NCBI GenBank assembly: GCA_903857865.1
Contig: CAIOGO010000022.1
Span: 59,176-123,175 of the forward strand
Direction of reading: 5' to 3'
DNA from: an uncultured bacterium
GTDB taxonomy: Bacteria > Bipolaricaulota > Bipolaricaulia > UBA7950 > UBA9294
Length of the DNA: 64,000 nt
Positions 17,755 through 27,881 of the stretch are shown piece by piece. How positions within the stretch are numbered: the first letter of the stretch is position 1; every line of letters begins with the position of its first letter. A program made the translations under genes and the position numbers. Under the pieces are notes generated by a model, which worked only from the letters and a program-made list of their open reading frames with translations, was not told the origin of the DNA and did not search any database.

Positions 17755-18445
17755 GGGACCTCCTCTCGGCGAGGTGGGCGACGACGTCCGGCTTCTTCCT
17801 CATCTCCGCGTTGCTCGCTCCCTTGAGGACGAGGGCTCCTGTCGGGCACACGTCCACGCACTTCCCGCATCCCGTGCATGTCTCCGCCTGTCCCCAGTCG
17901 ACATCGAGGTCGGTGATCACGCGTACCGCGCTCCCGCGCTCCGCGAAGTCCCACGTGCGTGCGCCTTCGATCTCGCCGCACGCGCGCACGCATCGGCCGC
18001 AGACGACGCAACGATCGCGGTCGATGAGGAATCGAGGATGACTTGCGTCAACCCGATTCCGCGGAAACGCGTAGGGAATCCGCACGGATTGCATGCCGAC
18101 CTCACACGCCAGGTCTTGGAGTTCACATCCCCCGCTTGACACGCAGAACGAGCAGACGTGATTCCCCTCGGCGAACAGCAACTCAACGATCATGCGCCGA
18201 TGCGCTCGGACCGCCTCGGTGTCCGTCAGGATTTCCATCCCCTCCGCGACGTTCGTTGTGCACGCCGTCACGAACTGGCCCCGCACGTCGACGATGCACA
18301 CGCGGCACGCGCCGACGTCCGTCAGTCCCTTCAGATGGCACAGCGTCGGGATTCGAATCCCGTTTTCTTCGGCGGCGTCGAGGATCGTCCTTCCGGGGCT
18401 CGTCGCGATGCCCCGACCGTCGATCTTTATCGTGACACGTTCCAC
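17747..18445 (-). CDS. hoxU: hydrogenase diaphorase Fe-S subunit (2Fe-2S + 4Fe-4S, NuoG-N-like)
   Basis: C.VC… 2Fe-2S motif plus CVVCGRCVRAC and CTGCGKCVDVCP ferredoxin motifs. Confidence 0.75.
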   Translation of the reverse strand: MERVTIKIDGRGIATSPGRTILDAAEENGIRIPTLCHLKGLTDVGACRVCIVDVRGQFVTACTTNVAEGMEILTDTEAVRAHRRMIVELLFAEGNHVCSFCVSSGGCELQDLACEVGMQSVRIPYAFPRNRVDASHPRFLIDRDRCVVCGRCVRACGEIEGARTWDFAERGSAVRVITDLDVDWGQAETCTGCGKCVDVCPTGALVLKGASNAEMRKKPDVVAHLAERRSHG

Positions 18446-18674
18446 ACTTCGCCTCCCACCCCTCGTGGCCGCGCTTCCCGGCGGACCCAGCCGCGTCGTG
18501 AGTGCCGGCCCAACCCGGCCTCTCCCTCGAGGGTTCCAAGTTGAGGCCCAGCGGCCTTCTCCGCCCTCCCGGGCAGCCGGCGCGCCGACTCCAAATGCTA
18601 TCCGGTCCTCCTTCGGTCTTCACGCGGGGAGGTCAAACGGCCGTTCTTGTTGCGCAGACTCGGATGCGCCCTCG

Positions 18675-19916
18675 CTACGACCCGAACTTCGGACAACGAT
18701 TCGCAAGGCTCATGAGCATCGGCAGGACCTGCCCGCTGAAGCGCAGGAGGCCGCCTCGCGCGGCCGTGTGCTCGTTGAACGACGTCACATCATCCCGACG
18801 AACGTTCGGGCCGACGAAGAGGACGGGCACCGGATCCGCCGTGTGGTCGCCGTAGTCGATCGACGTTGTGTGGTCTCCCGTGAACGCGAGGTGGGTGCTC
18901 TTCCAGTCGATGCGCTCGACGAGCGGAGCGATGAACTCCGCGTCGATGCGTTCGATGAACGCCGTCTTCGCGGCCGCGTTCTGGTCGTGTGCCGCGTTGT
19001 CGGTGCCCTTGATGTGGACGAAGACGAGGTCGTACGTCGCGAGTGCGGCCAACGTCGCCTCGGCCTTGGCGCGGAGGTCCGTGTCCAGGCCCCCCGTGGC
19101 GCCGGGCACATCGATCGAATCGAGCCCGCAAGCCAGAGCGACTCCGCGATAGAGGGCTCCGCCCGCGATCACCGCGCCGCGGACGCCGTAGATCGACGGA
19201 ATGGAGGGGATGTGCGGGCAGTCGGCGGCGCCGCGCACGAGCAGGATGTTGGCCGGCAGCTTGCCCGCTGCGGCGCGCTCCCGATTGAGAGGGAGATCCT
19301 TGAGGAGTTCGTAGCTCTGCCGGGTCAACTCGTTCACCGCCGCGGCCGTCCGCTTGGCCGCGGCGCCGTCGGCCGTCGGCCCTGCGGTGCGCATCGTTGC
19401 CCCCACCTCGTGCGGGTCGGTCTCGCTGACGTGGGGCGAGAGGTCCTTGCCGCGCAGTAGAAGGGCCCCACGGTGCTCGGTGGAGGCGCGGAATTGGATC
19501 TCCACGCCGGGCGTCTTCAACCGCATCGTGCCAAGAGTCGCCGCCAGTTCTTCTTGCCCAGACTCAATGCGTCCGGCGCGTCGATCGACGAGGCGCAACC
19601 CATCCTTCGACGCCTCGACGGTGGCGAAGTTGGCGCGAAAGCAGATGTCGCCGGGGCGCACGTCGAGGCCGATGCCCAAGCATTCGAACACTCCGCGGCC
19701 GGTGTACAGCTCGTGGGGGTTGTAGCCGAGCAAAGACAGATGAGCCGTGTCGCTTCCCGGACGAATGCCGGGGCCGATAGGATCGACGAGGCCGACCGCT
19801 CCGCGGTCGGTTAGCTCGTCGAGATGCGGCGTTCGCGCCGCTTCGAGGCACGTGCGCCCATCCATGTCCGTCGGTCGCCCGCCGAGCCCGTCGGCGATGA
19901 CGAGGATTCCCTTCAT
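18675..19916 (-). CDS. apgM: cofactor-independent phosphoglycerate mutase, archaeal type
   Basis: ApgM-family architecture (MKGILVIADGLGGRP…); 413 aa. Confidence 0.75.
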   Translation of the reverse strand: MKGILVIADGLGGRPTDMDGRTCLEAARTPHLDELTDRGAVGLVDPIGPGIRPGSDTAHLSLLGYNPHELYTGRGVFECLGIGLDVRPGDICFRANFATVEASKDGLRLVDRRAGRIESGQEELAATLGTMRLKTPGVEIQFRASTEHRGALLLRGKDLSPHVSETDPHEVGATMRTAGPTADGAAAKRTAAAVNELTRQSYELLKDLPLNRERAAAGKLPANILLVRGAADCPHIPSIPSIYGVRGAVIAGGALYRGVALACGLDSIDVPGATGGLDTDLRAKAEATLAALATYDLVFVHIKGTDNAAHDQNAAAKTAFIERIDAEFIAPLVERIDWKSTHLAFTGDHTTSIDYGDHTADPVPVLFVGPNVRRDDVTSFNEHTAARGGLLRFSGQVLPMLMSLANRCPKFGS

Positions 19917-20072
19917 GTCCCCCCTCCCTCAGCGTTCACGAAGACGGTATCCAACGCGCCGTGGCTTTTCAATTCGCTTCCCTAGCGAGATCCCGTGTCA
20001 TCGTCGAGGCGACGGTGCCCTGGAATCTCGGCCGTCCGTCCGACAGAATGAGGCGCGCTGAAAGGGGGGACG

Positions 20073-20939
20073 ATGCCCGCAGGAGCACTCTGGAGCGACG
20101 CATTGGTCGAGGCCATTCGCCGCGCGTCCATCTCGCTCCCATCCGATGTCGTCGCCGGCCTGCGGCGCGCGCTTGAGGGTGAGACGACGGAGCTCGCGCG
20201 GCTGCAGCTGGAGACGATGCTCGAAAATGCCCGCGTGGCGCGCGAGAACGGCCTCCCCTTGTGCCAGGACACGGGCACGCCCGTCTTCTTCGTCCACGCC
20301 GGAACCGAGAGCCCGTGGCTCGCCGACCTCCCGGGCGCACTCGTCGACGCGGTGCGCGTAGCGACCGACTCGATTCCTCTTCGGCCGAGCGCCATCGACC
20401 CCTTCACGAACCGCAATGTGGGGAACGTCGGCCGCGGAGTTCCCGTCATCGATTGGGATCTCGTGCCCGGCGAGGAGATCGTAGTCACGTACGTCGCCAA
20501 GGGAGGCGGAAGCGAGAACGCGTCCGGTCTCCTCTTCGTCCAGCCGGGCGGAGGATCCACCGCCGTGTTGCGAGCCGTCTTGGCCCACGTCGTACGCGTC
20601 GCGCCACGCGCCTGCCCGCCCGTCGTCGTTGGGGTCGGCATCGGCGGCACGGCGGATCTCGCGCTGCGTCTCGCCAAGCGGGCGCTTGTGCGACGGCTCG
20701 ACGAGCACCATGCGGATCCGTCGATCGCTGCGTTCGAGTCCGAGCTTCTCGACGCGGTCAACCGATCGGGGATCGGCCCGATGGGGCTCGGCGGAGCGTG
20801 CACGGCGCTCGCCGTTCACGCCGACTTCGCCTACCGGCATCCGGCGTCCCTGCCGGTTGGCGTTGCGCTGCAGTGCTGGGTCGATCGGCGAGTGACCGTG
20901 CGCATCCCGGCGAGTGGGATCGCGGAGGTCGTCGAGTGA
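20073..20939 (+). CDS. class I fumarate hydratase / tartrate dehydratase alpha subunit (Fe-S hydro-lyase)
   Basis: FumA/TtdA-alpha family similarity (LCQDTGTPVFFV…). Confidence 0.75.
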   Translation: MPAGALWSDALVEAIRRASISLPSDVVAGLRRALEGETTELARLQLETMLENARVARENGLPLCQDTGTPVFFVHAGTESPWLADLPGALVDAVRVATDSIPLRPSAIDPFTNRNVGNVGRGVPVIDWDLVPGEEIVVTYVAKGGGSENASGLLFVQPGGGSTAVLRAVLAHVVRVAPRACPPVVVGVGIGGTADLALRLAKRALVRRLDEHHADPSIAAFESELLDAVNRSGIGPMGLGGACTALAVHADFAYRHPASLPVGVALQCWVDRRVTVRIPASGIAEVVE

Positions 20940-21538
20940 TCCGCAAGGTTGTGCTGCCCGTCTCTCTCGCCGAGGTCGCCTCGTGGTGCGTCGGTGATGT
21001 CTTGTCTCTGTCCGGAGTCATCCTCACGGCGCGTGACCTGGCCCATCGTCGCATCTTGGAGGCATGCCTCCAAGGGGCCGGCGAGCGTGGCCTCGACCTC
21101 CCGTTTGATCCGACCGGCCTTCCCATCTTCCACTGCGGGCCGCTTGCTCGGCGTGACGGCGTTCGGTGGACGATCACCGGGCTTGGACCTACCACGAGCG
21201 CGCGCATGGAGTCGACGACCCCGGCGATCATGGCCCGCTTTGCAGCGCCCTTCCTCATCGGGAAGGGCGGGATGGGGCCAGCCACACGCGCCGCCCTCGT
21301 TGAGCGCGGCGCCGCCTACCTTGCGGCCGTTGGTGGGACCGGTGCGCTCGGCGCTCGCGCGGTCGTCGAGGTGCTGAGCGTGGCGTGGCTTGAGGAACTC
21401 GGGATGCCTGACGCGGTCTGGATTCTTCGCCTGAACGAGTACGGGCCGCTCGTCGTCACGATGGACTCGCAGGGGCGCGATCTCCACGAGGAGGTCGTCC
21501 GCGCTGCGGAGAGAACCCTTGGCAACGCGCCTCGATGA
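20936..21538 (+). CDS. class I fumarate hydratase / tartrate dehydratase beta subunit
   Basis: GTG start at 20936 in a GTGA overlap with the alpha subunit; VIRKVVLPVSLAEV…LSGVILTARDLAH beta-subunit pattern. Confidence 0.7.
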   Translation: MIRKVVLPVSLAEVASWCVGDVLSLSGVILTARDLAHRRILEACLQGAGERGLDLPFDPTGLPIFHCGPLARRDGVRWTITGLGPTTSARMESTTPAIMARFAAPFLIGKGGMGPATRAALVERGAAYLAAVGGTGALGARAVVEVLSVAWLEELGMPDAVWILRLNEYGPLVVTMDSQGRDLHEEVVRAAERTLGNAPR

Positions 21539-21598
21539 GGCCGCGCGCCGCAGCGCGCGCTACGATGGTGCTGCCCCTAAGAGGAACGAGGAGGGCTC

Positions 21599-22963
21599 AT
21601 GGCCGAGCGGAAGCCGGTGTCTCCTGAAGACGAACGTGTGAAGCGGGCCGCCGCCCCCGGCGAGAGGGCGCCTCGGCTGCATGCCTTCTACCGCGGCAAG
21701 ATCGAGGCGTCGGTAAAGTGCGCGATCACGAGCTTCGATGACCTCTCCGTGTGGTACACGCCCGGCGTCGCCGCTCCCTGCAAGGAAATCGCGGCCGACC
21801 CGTCGAAGCTGCGCGACTACACTAACGTTGCGAACGCTGTGGCCGTCGTGTCGGACGGCTCGCGCGTCCTCGGGCTTGGCAACATCGGCGCCCGCGCCAG
21901 CCTCCCCGTCATGGAAGGGAAAGCCCTCCTCTTCAAGTACTTGGGCGGCGTCGGCGCGTTCCCGATCGTGCTCGACACCCAAGACGAGGACGAGATCGTG
22001 CAGGCCGTGCGCTGGATCGCCCCCGGCTTCGGCGGGATCAACCTCGAGGACATCGCGACGCCCAAGTGCTTCCCAATTCTCGACCGGTTGCGGGCCGAGC
22101 TCGACATCCCGGTCTGGCACGACGACCAGCAGGGCACGGCGGCCGTCACACTCGCTGGCCTAGTCAACGCGCTCAAGCTCGTCGGGAAGCGTCTCGACCG
22201 GGTGACGATCGCCCTCCTCGGGTGTGGCGCCGCCGGCGCGGCCACGCTCCGCGTGCTTGTTGCGGCCGGCGCCAAGGCCGGTAACGTGCGCGTCGTCGAC
22301 ATCGTCGATGGTGCGCCCGCCGTGCTTGGCAAGAGCCACGATCTCGAGCGCCTCTTCCCGCACCGCGGCGCTCTTCTCGCGCGTACCAACGCCGACGGAC
22401 TCCGCGGATCCACAGCCGATGCTCTCGCGGGCGCCGACGTCGTCATCGCGTTCACCAAACCGGGGCCGGACACGATCCAGAAGGATTGGCTCCGGCGAAT
22501 GAACCCTCGCGGCATCGGCTTCTTCATGGCCAACCCCGTGCCCGAGATCTGGCCGTGGGAGGCTGCCGACGCGGGACTCGCCATCGTCGGCACCGGGCGC
22601 GGCGACTTCCCGAACCAGATCAACAACTCGCTCGGCTTCCCCGGCATCTTTCGCGGCACGCTCGACGTCTGCGCAGCGACGATCACCGACGAGATGGCCA
22701 TCGCCGCAGCCTACGCCATCGCCAAGACGGCCGAGGATCGTGGCCTGCGTGAGGATTCGGTTCTCCCGACGATGATGGAGACGGAGACATTCGTGAACCA
22801 GGCCGTGGCCGTGGGCCTGAAGGCGATCGAGCAGGGCATCGCGCGCCGCATCTTGACCGAGGCTGAGCTGCGTGCCGAAGCGAAGCTTCGCATCTGCCGT
22901 GCGCAGAACGAGACAGCGCTCCTCCAGCGCGAGGGTATCATCCCCCCGCCCCCGGCGACGTAG
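21599..22963 (+). CDS. NAD(P)-dependent malic enzyme (short form, no PTA domain)
   Basis: Malic-enzyme motifs (VVSDGSRVLGLGNIGA; Rossmann GCGAAGAA). Confidence 0.85.
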   Translation: MAERKPVSPEDERVKRAAAPGERAPRLHAFYRGKIEASVKCAITSFDDLSVWYTPGVAAPCKEIAADPSKLRDYTNVANAVAVVSDGSRVLGLGNIGARASLPVMEGKALLFKYLGGVGAFPIVLDTQDEDEIVQAVRWIAPGFGGINLEDIATPKCFPILDRLRAELDIPVWHDDQQGTAAVTLAGLVNALKLVGKRLDRVTIALLGCGAAGAATLRVLVAAGAKAGNVRVVDIVDGAPAVLGKSHDLERLFPHRGALLARTNADGLRGSTADALAGADVVIAFTKPGPDTIQKDWLRRMNPRGIGFFMANPVPEIWPWEAADAGLAIVGTGRGDFPNQINNSLGFPGIFRGTLDVCAATITDEMAIAAAYAIAKTAEDRGLREDSVLPTMMETETFVNQAVAVGLKAIEQGIARRILTEAELRAEAKLRICRAQNETALLQREGIIPPPPAT

Positions 22964-23000
22964 AGGGGGCGCTGCCGCCCACCTAGATGGAATCGGTAGA

Positions 23001-23025
23001 GTCTATAGTTCTTGGCCCACTATAG
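23001..23025. promoter_or_regulatory. inverted repeat TCTATAG-N11-CTATAGA just upstream of the phoU-like gene; related TATATAG motifs upstream of pstS and in the pstC-pstS spacer
   Basis: Read directly at 23001-23025; related motifs gtatatagtcgc (26771-26782) and gtagtatatagataagcgac (27765-27784). Confidence 0.3.
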
Positions 23026-23039
23026 ATGGCCGTGCTAGA

Positions 23040-24074
23040 ATGCGCCTCGACACAGGAGGCACGGTGTTCCAGCGCAAAGTGCAGAAGACGGGCGGATCGA
23101 CGTACTTCGTGACGCTCCCCAAGGAGTGGGCCGACGAGGTGGGCATCCGCCCCCAGGCCCTAGTGCAACTCATTCCGAGCGACTCCGGTGCGCTTCTCCT
23201 CGTCCCCGAGGGGCTGCCGGCGCGCAACCGCTGCACGGTCACCATCGGGGACTGGGACTTCGACCGTCTGCAGCGGGAGATCATTTCGCGCTACATCGTG
23301 GGATTCGATGTCATCGAGGTGGAGTCTGACCGCATCCGCACCGAACAGCGCCGGATGGTGCGCGAGATCGCGCAGGCGCTCATCGGCCTCGAGATCCTCG
23401 ACGAGTCGCAGAAGACGCTCACGCTGCACGTGCTGGTCAACGTGCGCGACTTCCCGGTGGAACGGACCCTCCGGCGCGTGTTCGATATCGCGCTCGCCAT
23501 GGCCACCGATGCCGTGAGCGCCTTCTGCAAGCACGACGTGGAACTCGCTCGCGATGTCGTGGAGCGCGACGACGACGTGGACCGCCTCGTTCTCCTCGTC
23601 GCGAGGCAGTTCAGCCTCCTGTTGCGTGACCTGGTCTCGGAAGAGGACTACGGTCTATCGCGACTCCAGTTTTCGAACTACAACGCCGTGGTCGACCAGC
23701 TCGAACGCGTCGCCGACCATGCCGGCAAGATCTCGGAAGCTACGCTGGCACTCGAGACCCCCATTCGGCCAGCCGCCGCCAAGGAAATCGTGGCGCGAGC
23801 CGAGGATTCGATGAGCATCCTGCGGCGCGCTGTCCAGGCGTTCGTTGACCAGAGCACGGATCTTGCGAACCAGGTGCTCGCCGAGCGAGAGCGCGAGGAG
23901 CGGCTGTTCTCTGTCACCCGCCGAACGATTGGCGACAAGCACCCCGAGGAGGCGCCGTCGATCAGCATCGCCCTCGACAGCCTACTGCGGATCCGCGAGT
24001 ACGGGTTCAACATCGCCGAGCATGCGTTGGACGTTCCGGCGGCGTCCCACGTTCGCGGACGGCCGACAGCCTAG
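23040..24074 (+). CDS. AbrB/SpoVT-PhoU fusion phosphate-uptake regulator (archaeal-type PhoU)
   Basis: N-terminal AbrB-like swapped-hairpin (KVQKTGGSTYFVTLPKEW) fused to two PhoU-like helical repeats; convergent with pstB; alternative GTG start at 23064. Confidence 0.65.
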   Translation: MRLDTGGTVFQRKVQKTGGSTYFVTLPKEWADEVGIRPQALVQLIPSDSGALLLVPEGLPARNRCTVTIGDWDFDRLQREIISRYIVGFDVIEVESDRIRTEQRRMVREIAQALIGLEILDESQKTLTLHVLVNVRDFPVERTLRRVFDIALAMATDAVSAFCKHDVELARDVVERDDDVDRLVLLVARQFSLLLRDLVSEEDYGLSRLQFSNYNAVVDQLERVADHAGKISEATLALETPIRPAAAKEIVARAEDSMSILRRAVQAFVDQSTDLANQVLAEREREERLFSVTRRTIGDKHPEEAPSISIALDSLLRIREYGFNIAEHALDVPAASHVRGRPTA

Positions 24075-24898
24075 CCGAACCGCCCGCAGAGGTAGTCGGC
24101 GACTTGCTCGTTGCAGGGGTGCTCGAACACCGTCTTCGTCGGTCCGAACTCGGCGAGGACGCCCTCGGCGAGCAGCACGGCGACGTGATCGCTCAGGCGG
24201 CCCGCCTGCTGCAGGTTGTGGGTGACGATTACGACCGTGAGCTCCTTGGCCAGTTCGCGCGTCGTCGCTTCGATGCGGTCGGTGGCCTTCGGGTCGAGGG
24301 CCGAGCACGGCTCGTCCATGAGTAAGACGGAAGGACGCACGGCGAGAGATCGCGCGATGCACAGGCGTTGCTGCTGCCCGCCGGAGAGCGAGAAAGCGCT
24401 CTTCTTCAGGTTGTCCTTCACTTCGTCCCACAGGGCAGCGCGTCGCAGACTCTCTTCGACGATGTCTCGTAGCTCAGCGCGGTTGCGATTTCCGTGGACG
24501 CGCGGGCCGTAGGCGACGTTGTCGAAGATCGACTTCGGGAACGGGTTCGGGCGTTGGAACACCATGCCGATGTGCCGCCGCACCGCGACCGGATCGGCTT
24601 TCAGGAGATCCTGGCCGAGGAATCGGACTGTGCCTCCGGAGCGCGTGTTGGGATAAAGCTCGTTCATTCGGTTGAAGGCTCGAAGGAGTGTGCTCTTCCC
24701 ACAGCCCGACGGTCCCATGATCGCCGTCACGCCATCGAGCGGGATCGAGAGGCTCACGTCGCGCAACGCCTGTTCCTTGCCGTAGAAGAAGCTGAACCGC
24801 TCCGTTTCGATGACGGCAGTTGAGTTCAGATTGCGTTCCAGCCACTCTCGCGTCGCGTCCAAGTTCCGTGCCGTTGTCCCGGCGTTCTCTACTACCAT
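24071..24898 (-). CDS. pstB: phosphate ABC transporter ATP-binding protein
   Basis: GPSGCGKST Walker A, LSGGQQQRL signature; start MVVENAGT at 24898 (the track ORF's long N-terminal extension is spurious). Confidence 0.9.
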   Translation of the reverse strand: MVVENAGTTARNLDATREWLERNLNSTAVIETERFSFFYGKEQALRDVSLSIPLDGVTAIMGPSGCGKSTLLRAFNRMNELYPNTRSGGTVRFLGQDLLKADPVAVRRHIGMVFQRPNPFPKSIFDNVAYGPRVHGNRNRAELRDIVEESLRRAALWDEVKDNLKKSAFSLSGGQQQRLCIARSLAVRPSVLLMDEPCSALDPKATDRIEATTRELAKELTVVIVTHNLQQAGRLSDHVAVLLAEGVLAEFGPTKTVFEHPCNEQVADYLCGRFG

Positions 24899-25773
24899 TG
24901 CTTCCTCCTCCGCACGCGGGCTCGCCACGTGACCGCGCCCAAGTTGACCAGCATCACCATGCCCAACAAGACGAGAGCCGCACCAAACTGGAGACTCCGC
25001 GTCTTGTAGTAGTTCGGGCTTTCCGTCGCCATCACGAAGATGTGGTACGGGAGGGCCATCACCTTGTCGGACAGTGTCTCCGGCAGCCGGCTCATGTAGA
25101 ACGCGGCGGCAGTGAACATGATCGGCGCCGTCTCGCCGATCGCGCGGCTGACCCCGAGAATCACACCGGTCAGAATCCCAGGGATCGCCGACGGCAGGAC
25201 GACGGTGCGTACCGCGTGCCACTTTGTTGCTCCGAGGGCGAGTGCCCCCTCGCGGAATGACATCGGAACAGCTCCCAACGCTTCCTCCGCAGCGCGAATC
25301 AGGATCGGCAAGATGAGGAGCGCGAGGGTCAGCGCGCCCGCGAGGAGGGAGACTCCGAGCCCGAGGACCTTGACGAAGAAAGCGAGGCCGAGAAGCCCGA
25401 ACACGATCGACGGGACTCCGGCCAAGCTGTTCACTCCGACGCGAATGACCCGGACCCACAGGCCGCCGCGCGAGTACTCCGAGAGCCAGATGGCCGACGC
25501 CACGGCGAGCGGGAGCGAGAGGAGCACGGCGCCCGCCGTGAGATAGAAACTGCCGACGAGCGCGGGGTAGATCCCGCCCTCGGTCATCATCTTGCGCGGG
25601 AACGAGGCTAGGAACTGCCACGACAGGGCGCTCGCACCGTTCGAGATCATCGAGTAGAGGATCGCACCGAGGGCGAGGAACGCGGAGACCGTGGAGAGAG
25701 TGAGGAGAGCAAACGCGATGCGCTGGACCACTCGCTTGCGCCGTTGTCCTTCCGCCGCGACCTGCGCGATCAT
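24892..25773 (-). CDS. pstA: phosphate ABC transporter permease
   Basis: Start MIAQVAAEG at 25773 (ATGA overlap with pstC); 6 TM helices; EAA-like loop. Confidence 0.85.
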   Translation of the reverse strand: MIAQVAAEGQRRKRVVQRIAFALLTLSTVSAFLALGAILYSMISNGASALSWQFLASFPRKMMTEGGIYPALVGSFYLTAGAVLLSLPLAVASAIWLSEYSRGGLWVRVIRVGVNSLAGVPSIVFGLLGLAFFVKVLGLGVSLLAGALTLALLILPILIRAAEEALGAVPMSFREGALALGATKWHAVRTVVLPSAIPGILTGVILGVSRAIGETAPIMFTAAAFYMSRLPETLSDKVMALPYHIFVMATESPNYYKTRSLQFGAALVLLGMVMLVNLGAVTWRARVRRRKQW

Positions 25774-26738
25774 CTCCCGTGCTTCCTTGCGAGTCGGCCG
25801 CGGAACCACTCCGCGAGGCCGTTGGTCACGAGAGCGATGAGGAGAAGGATCACGCCGAGCGCGAAGAGCGCGTGGTAGTGCGTGCTGCCCATTGCCGTCT
25901 CTCCCATCTCCAGGGCGATCGCGCCCGTCAGCGTTCGGACGGGCTTCAAGAGCGATGCCGTGATCTGCGGCGCGTTTCCTGCGACCATGAGCACGGCCAT
26001 CGTTTCGCCGATCGCTCGCCCCATGCCAAGGATGGCGGCGCCGATCAGTCCCGAGAACGCCGCGGGGAAGGTCACGCGGCGGATCGTCTGCCAACGGCTG
26101 GCGCCGAGGGCCATCGACGCCTCGCGGTACGAGTTCGGCACGGCGGTCAGCGCGTCTTCGGCCAGGCTGGCGATCGTGGGGAGCGCCATGATCCCGAGGA
26201 TGACCGACGCCGTGAGCGCCGTGCGCCCCGTGCTGAGGCCAAAGGCTCTCTGGAACGCCGGAGCGACGATCATCAGGCCGAAGAAACCGTAGAGGACCGA
26301 CGGGACTCCGGCAAGAAGCTCCAGCACCGACTTCGCGACATCCTTCATCCACCGCGGAGCCACTTCAGCAATGAACGCCGCGGCGGCGAACCCGAGAGGG
26401 ATGGCAAACACGAGTGCGGCGACCGTCACGAGGGCGGACCCCGCGATCATCGGCAGCGCCCCATAGCTGGCCGGATCGCCCGTGGGGTTCCAGCGCGTGC
26501 CGAAGAGCCCGCCGAGTCCGATTTCGCGCAGAACGGGAACCGCCTCGCGGAAGATGAAGAAGAGGATCAGTCCTAAGGCAACAAGCGACACGGAAGCTAG
26601 AGCGAGAAACACGGGGCGATCCCAGCGCTCTTTGAGGATCGTCACGAGTCCGCGGAAGCCGGCCTTGCGAATCGGTCGGAGGTCGAGGGGTGGACCCGCG
26701 GTGCCGTGGTCTCCTAGCGCACCCGCCCACTTACGCAT
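25770..26738 (-). CDS. pstC: phosphate ABC transporter permease
   Basis: PstC-like 6-TM permease. Confidence 0.85.
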   Translation of the reverse strand: MRKWAGALGDHGTAGPPLDLRPIRKAGFRGLVTILKERWDRPVFLALASVSLVALGLILFFIFREAVPVLREIGLGGLFGTRWNPTGDPASYGALPMIAGSALVTVAALVFAIPLGFAAAAFIAEVAPRWMKDVAKSVLELLAGVPSVLYGFFGLMIVAPAFQRAFGLSTGRTALTASVILGIMALPTIASLAEDALTAVPNSYREASMALGASRWQTIRRVTFPAAFSGLIGAAILGMGRAIGETMAVLMVAGNAPQITASLLKPVRTLTGAIALEMGETAMGSTHYHALFALGVILLLIALVTNGLAEWFRGRLARKHGR

Positions 26739-26902
26739 CCGCCGAGCCTCCTACTCACACAGTCACTGAAGTATATAGTCGCTCTGGAGAAATACAAGGC
26801 ATCTCCTCTTGTCTGGACGCGGAGATGTACGCACCCCTGGGTGGGGCGACAAGGGAACGAGGACGCCGAGCCGCGCCCAGCGTCCTTTGGCCCTTTCTTG
26901 CC

Positions 26903-27730
26903 CTAGGGGAGGGCGCGAATGGGGGCGAATCCCATCTCGAGGACGAGGCGTTGGCCGTCGTCGGAGAGAATCCACATGAGCACATTGAACGCGGGTCCCG
27001 TGGGGAAGCCGTTCGTCACCATGAACAACGGCCGGGCGACGGGGAATGTGCGATCGAGCGCGGTCTGCACCGTGGCTGGAATGCCACCGACGGCGACAGC
27101 CTTCACCGAGTCGTTGAGATACCCGAGGCCCACGTAGCCGATCGCGTTCGGGTTGCCGGCCACTTCGTTGGCTACATCGGCGTTCGATGACGTGTACACG
27201 GCCCCTGTGGTGACGGCCGCGCCTTTGAGGATGAGGTCGCTCCACGAGCCGTACGTGCCGGACGAACTGTCGCGCGAGACGACGAGGATGGGGGCATTCG
27301 TCCCGCCAACCTCGCTCCAGTTCGTGATCTCACCCGCGTAGATCTGTCTCAGTTGTGCTATCGTCAGGTCCGAGACAGGGTTCGATGGATGGACGATCGG
27401 GGAAAGCGCATCGTTCGCGATGTACCACATCATCGGGTGCACGCCTCTCGCGACGGCTGCAGCGTACTCCTCGGCCTTCAGGGCGCGCGACGAGTCGCAG
27501 ATCATGGTCGTGCCGTCGATCAGATTCGTGATCCCGACGGCCGACCCGCCGCCCGAGACTTCGATCTCGTAGATCCCCGCGTACGCCTCGGCCACCGCCT
27601 GCGCGATCGGGAGAACCGTCGTCGAACCGCTCATCGTCACGTCAGCCGCGCTGACCGCAAGGCCGAACGTGAAGAGTCCCGCCACGAGCGTCGCCACCAC
27701 TCCTGTCTGGAACATCCGACGTCTTGCCAT
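26903..27730 (-). CDS. pstS: phosphate-binding protein
   Basis: Signal peptide + periplasmic binding protein fold; first gene of pstSCAB. Confidence 0.8.
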   Translation of the reverse strand: MARRRMFQTGVVATLVAGLFTFGLAVSAADVTMSGSTTVLPIAQAVAEAYAGIYEIEVSGGGSAVGITNLIDGTTMICDSSRALKAEEYAAAVARGVHPMMWYIANDALSPIVHPSNPVSDLTIAQLRQIYAGEITNWSEVGGTNAPILVVSRDSSSGTYGSWSDLILKGAAVTTGAVYTSSNADVANEVAGNPNAIGYVGLGYLNDSVKAVAVGGIPATVQTALDRTFPVARPLFMVTNGFPTGPAFNVLMWILSDDGQRLVLEMGFAPIRALP

Positions 27731-27881
27731 GTTGACCGCCTTTCGTAATATGTAGTTGTTGGCGGTAGTATATAGATAAGCGACACAATATGCAAACCGG
27801 CAGTGGAGTGCATATCAGAACGCGGCTTGGGGCCCCAGGCGCAAGGCGTTGCGAGAGACGAGCGCTATACTCAGCAGCGCC

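Noticed and set aside
24898-25621. N-terminal 240-aa extension of the 516-aa ORF containing pstB
   Set aside because: The extension overlaps pstA in another frame and has no ABC features; PstB homology begins at MVVENAGT (24898).
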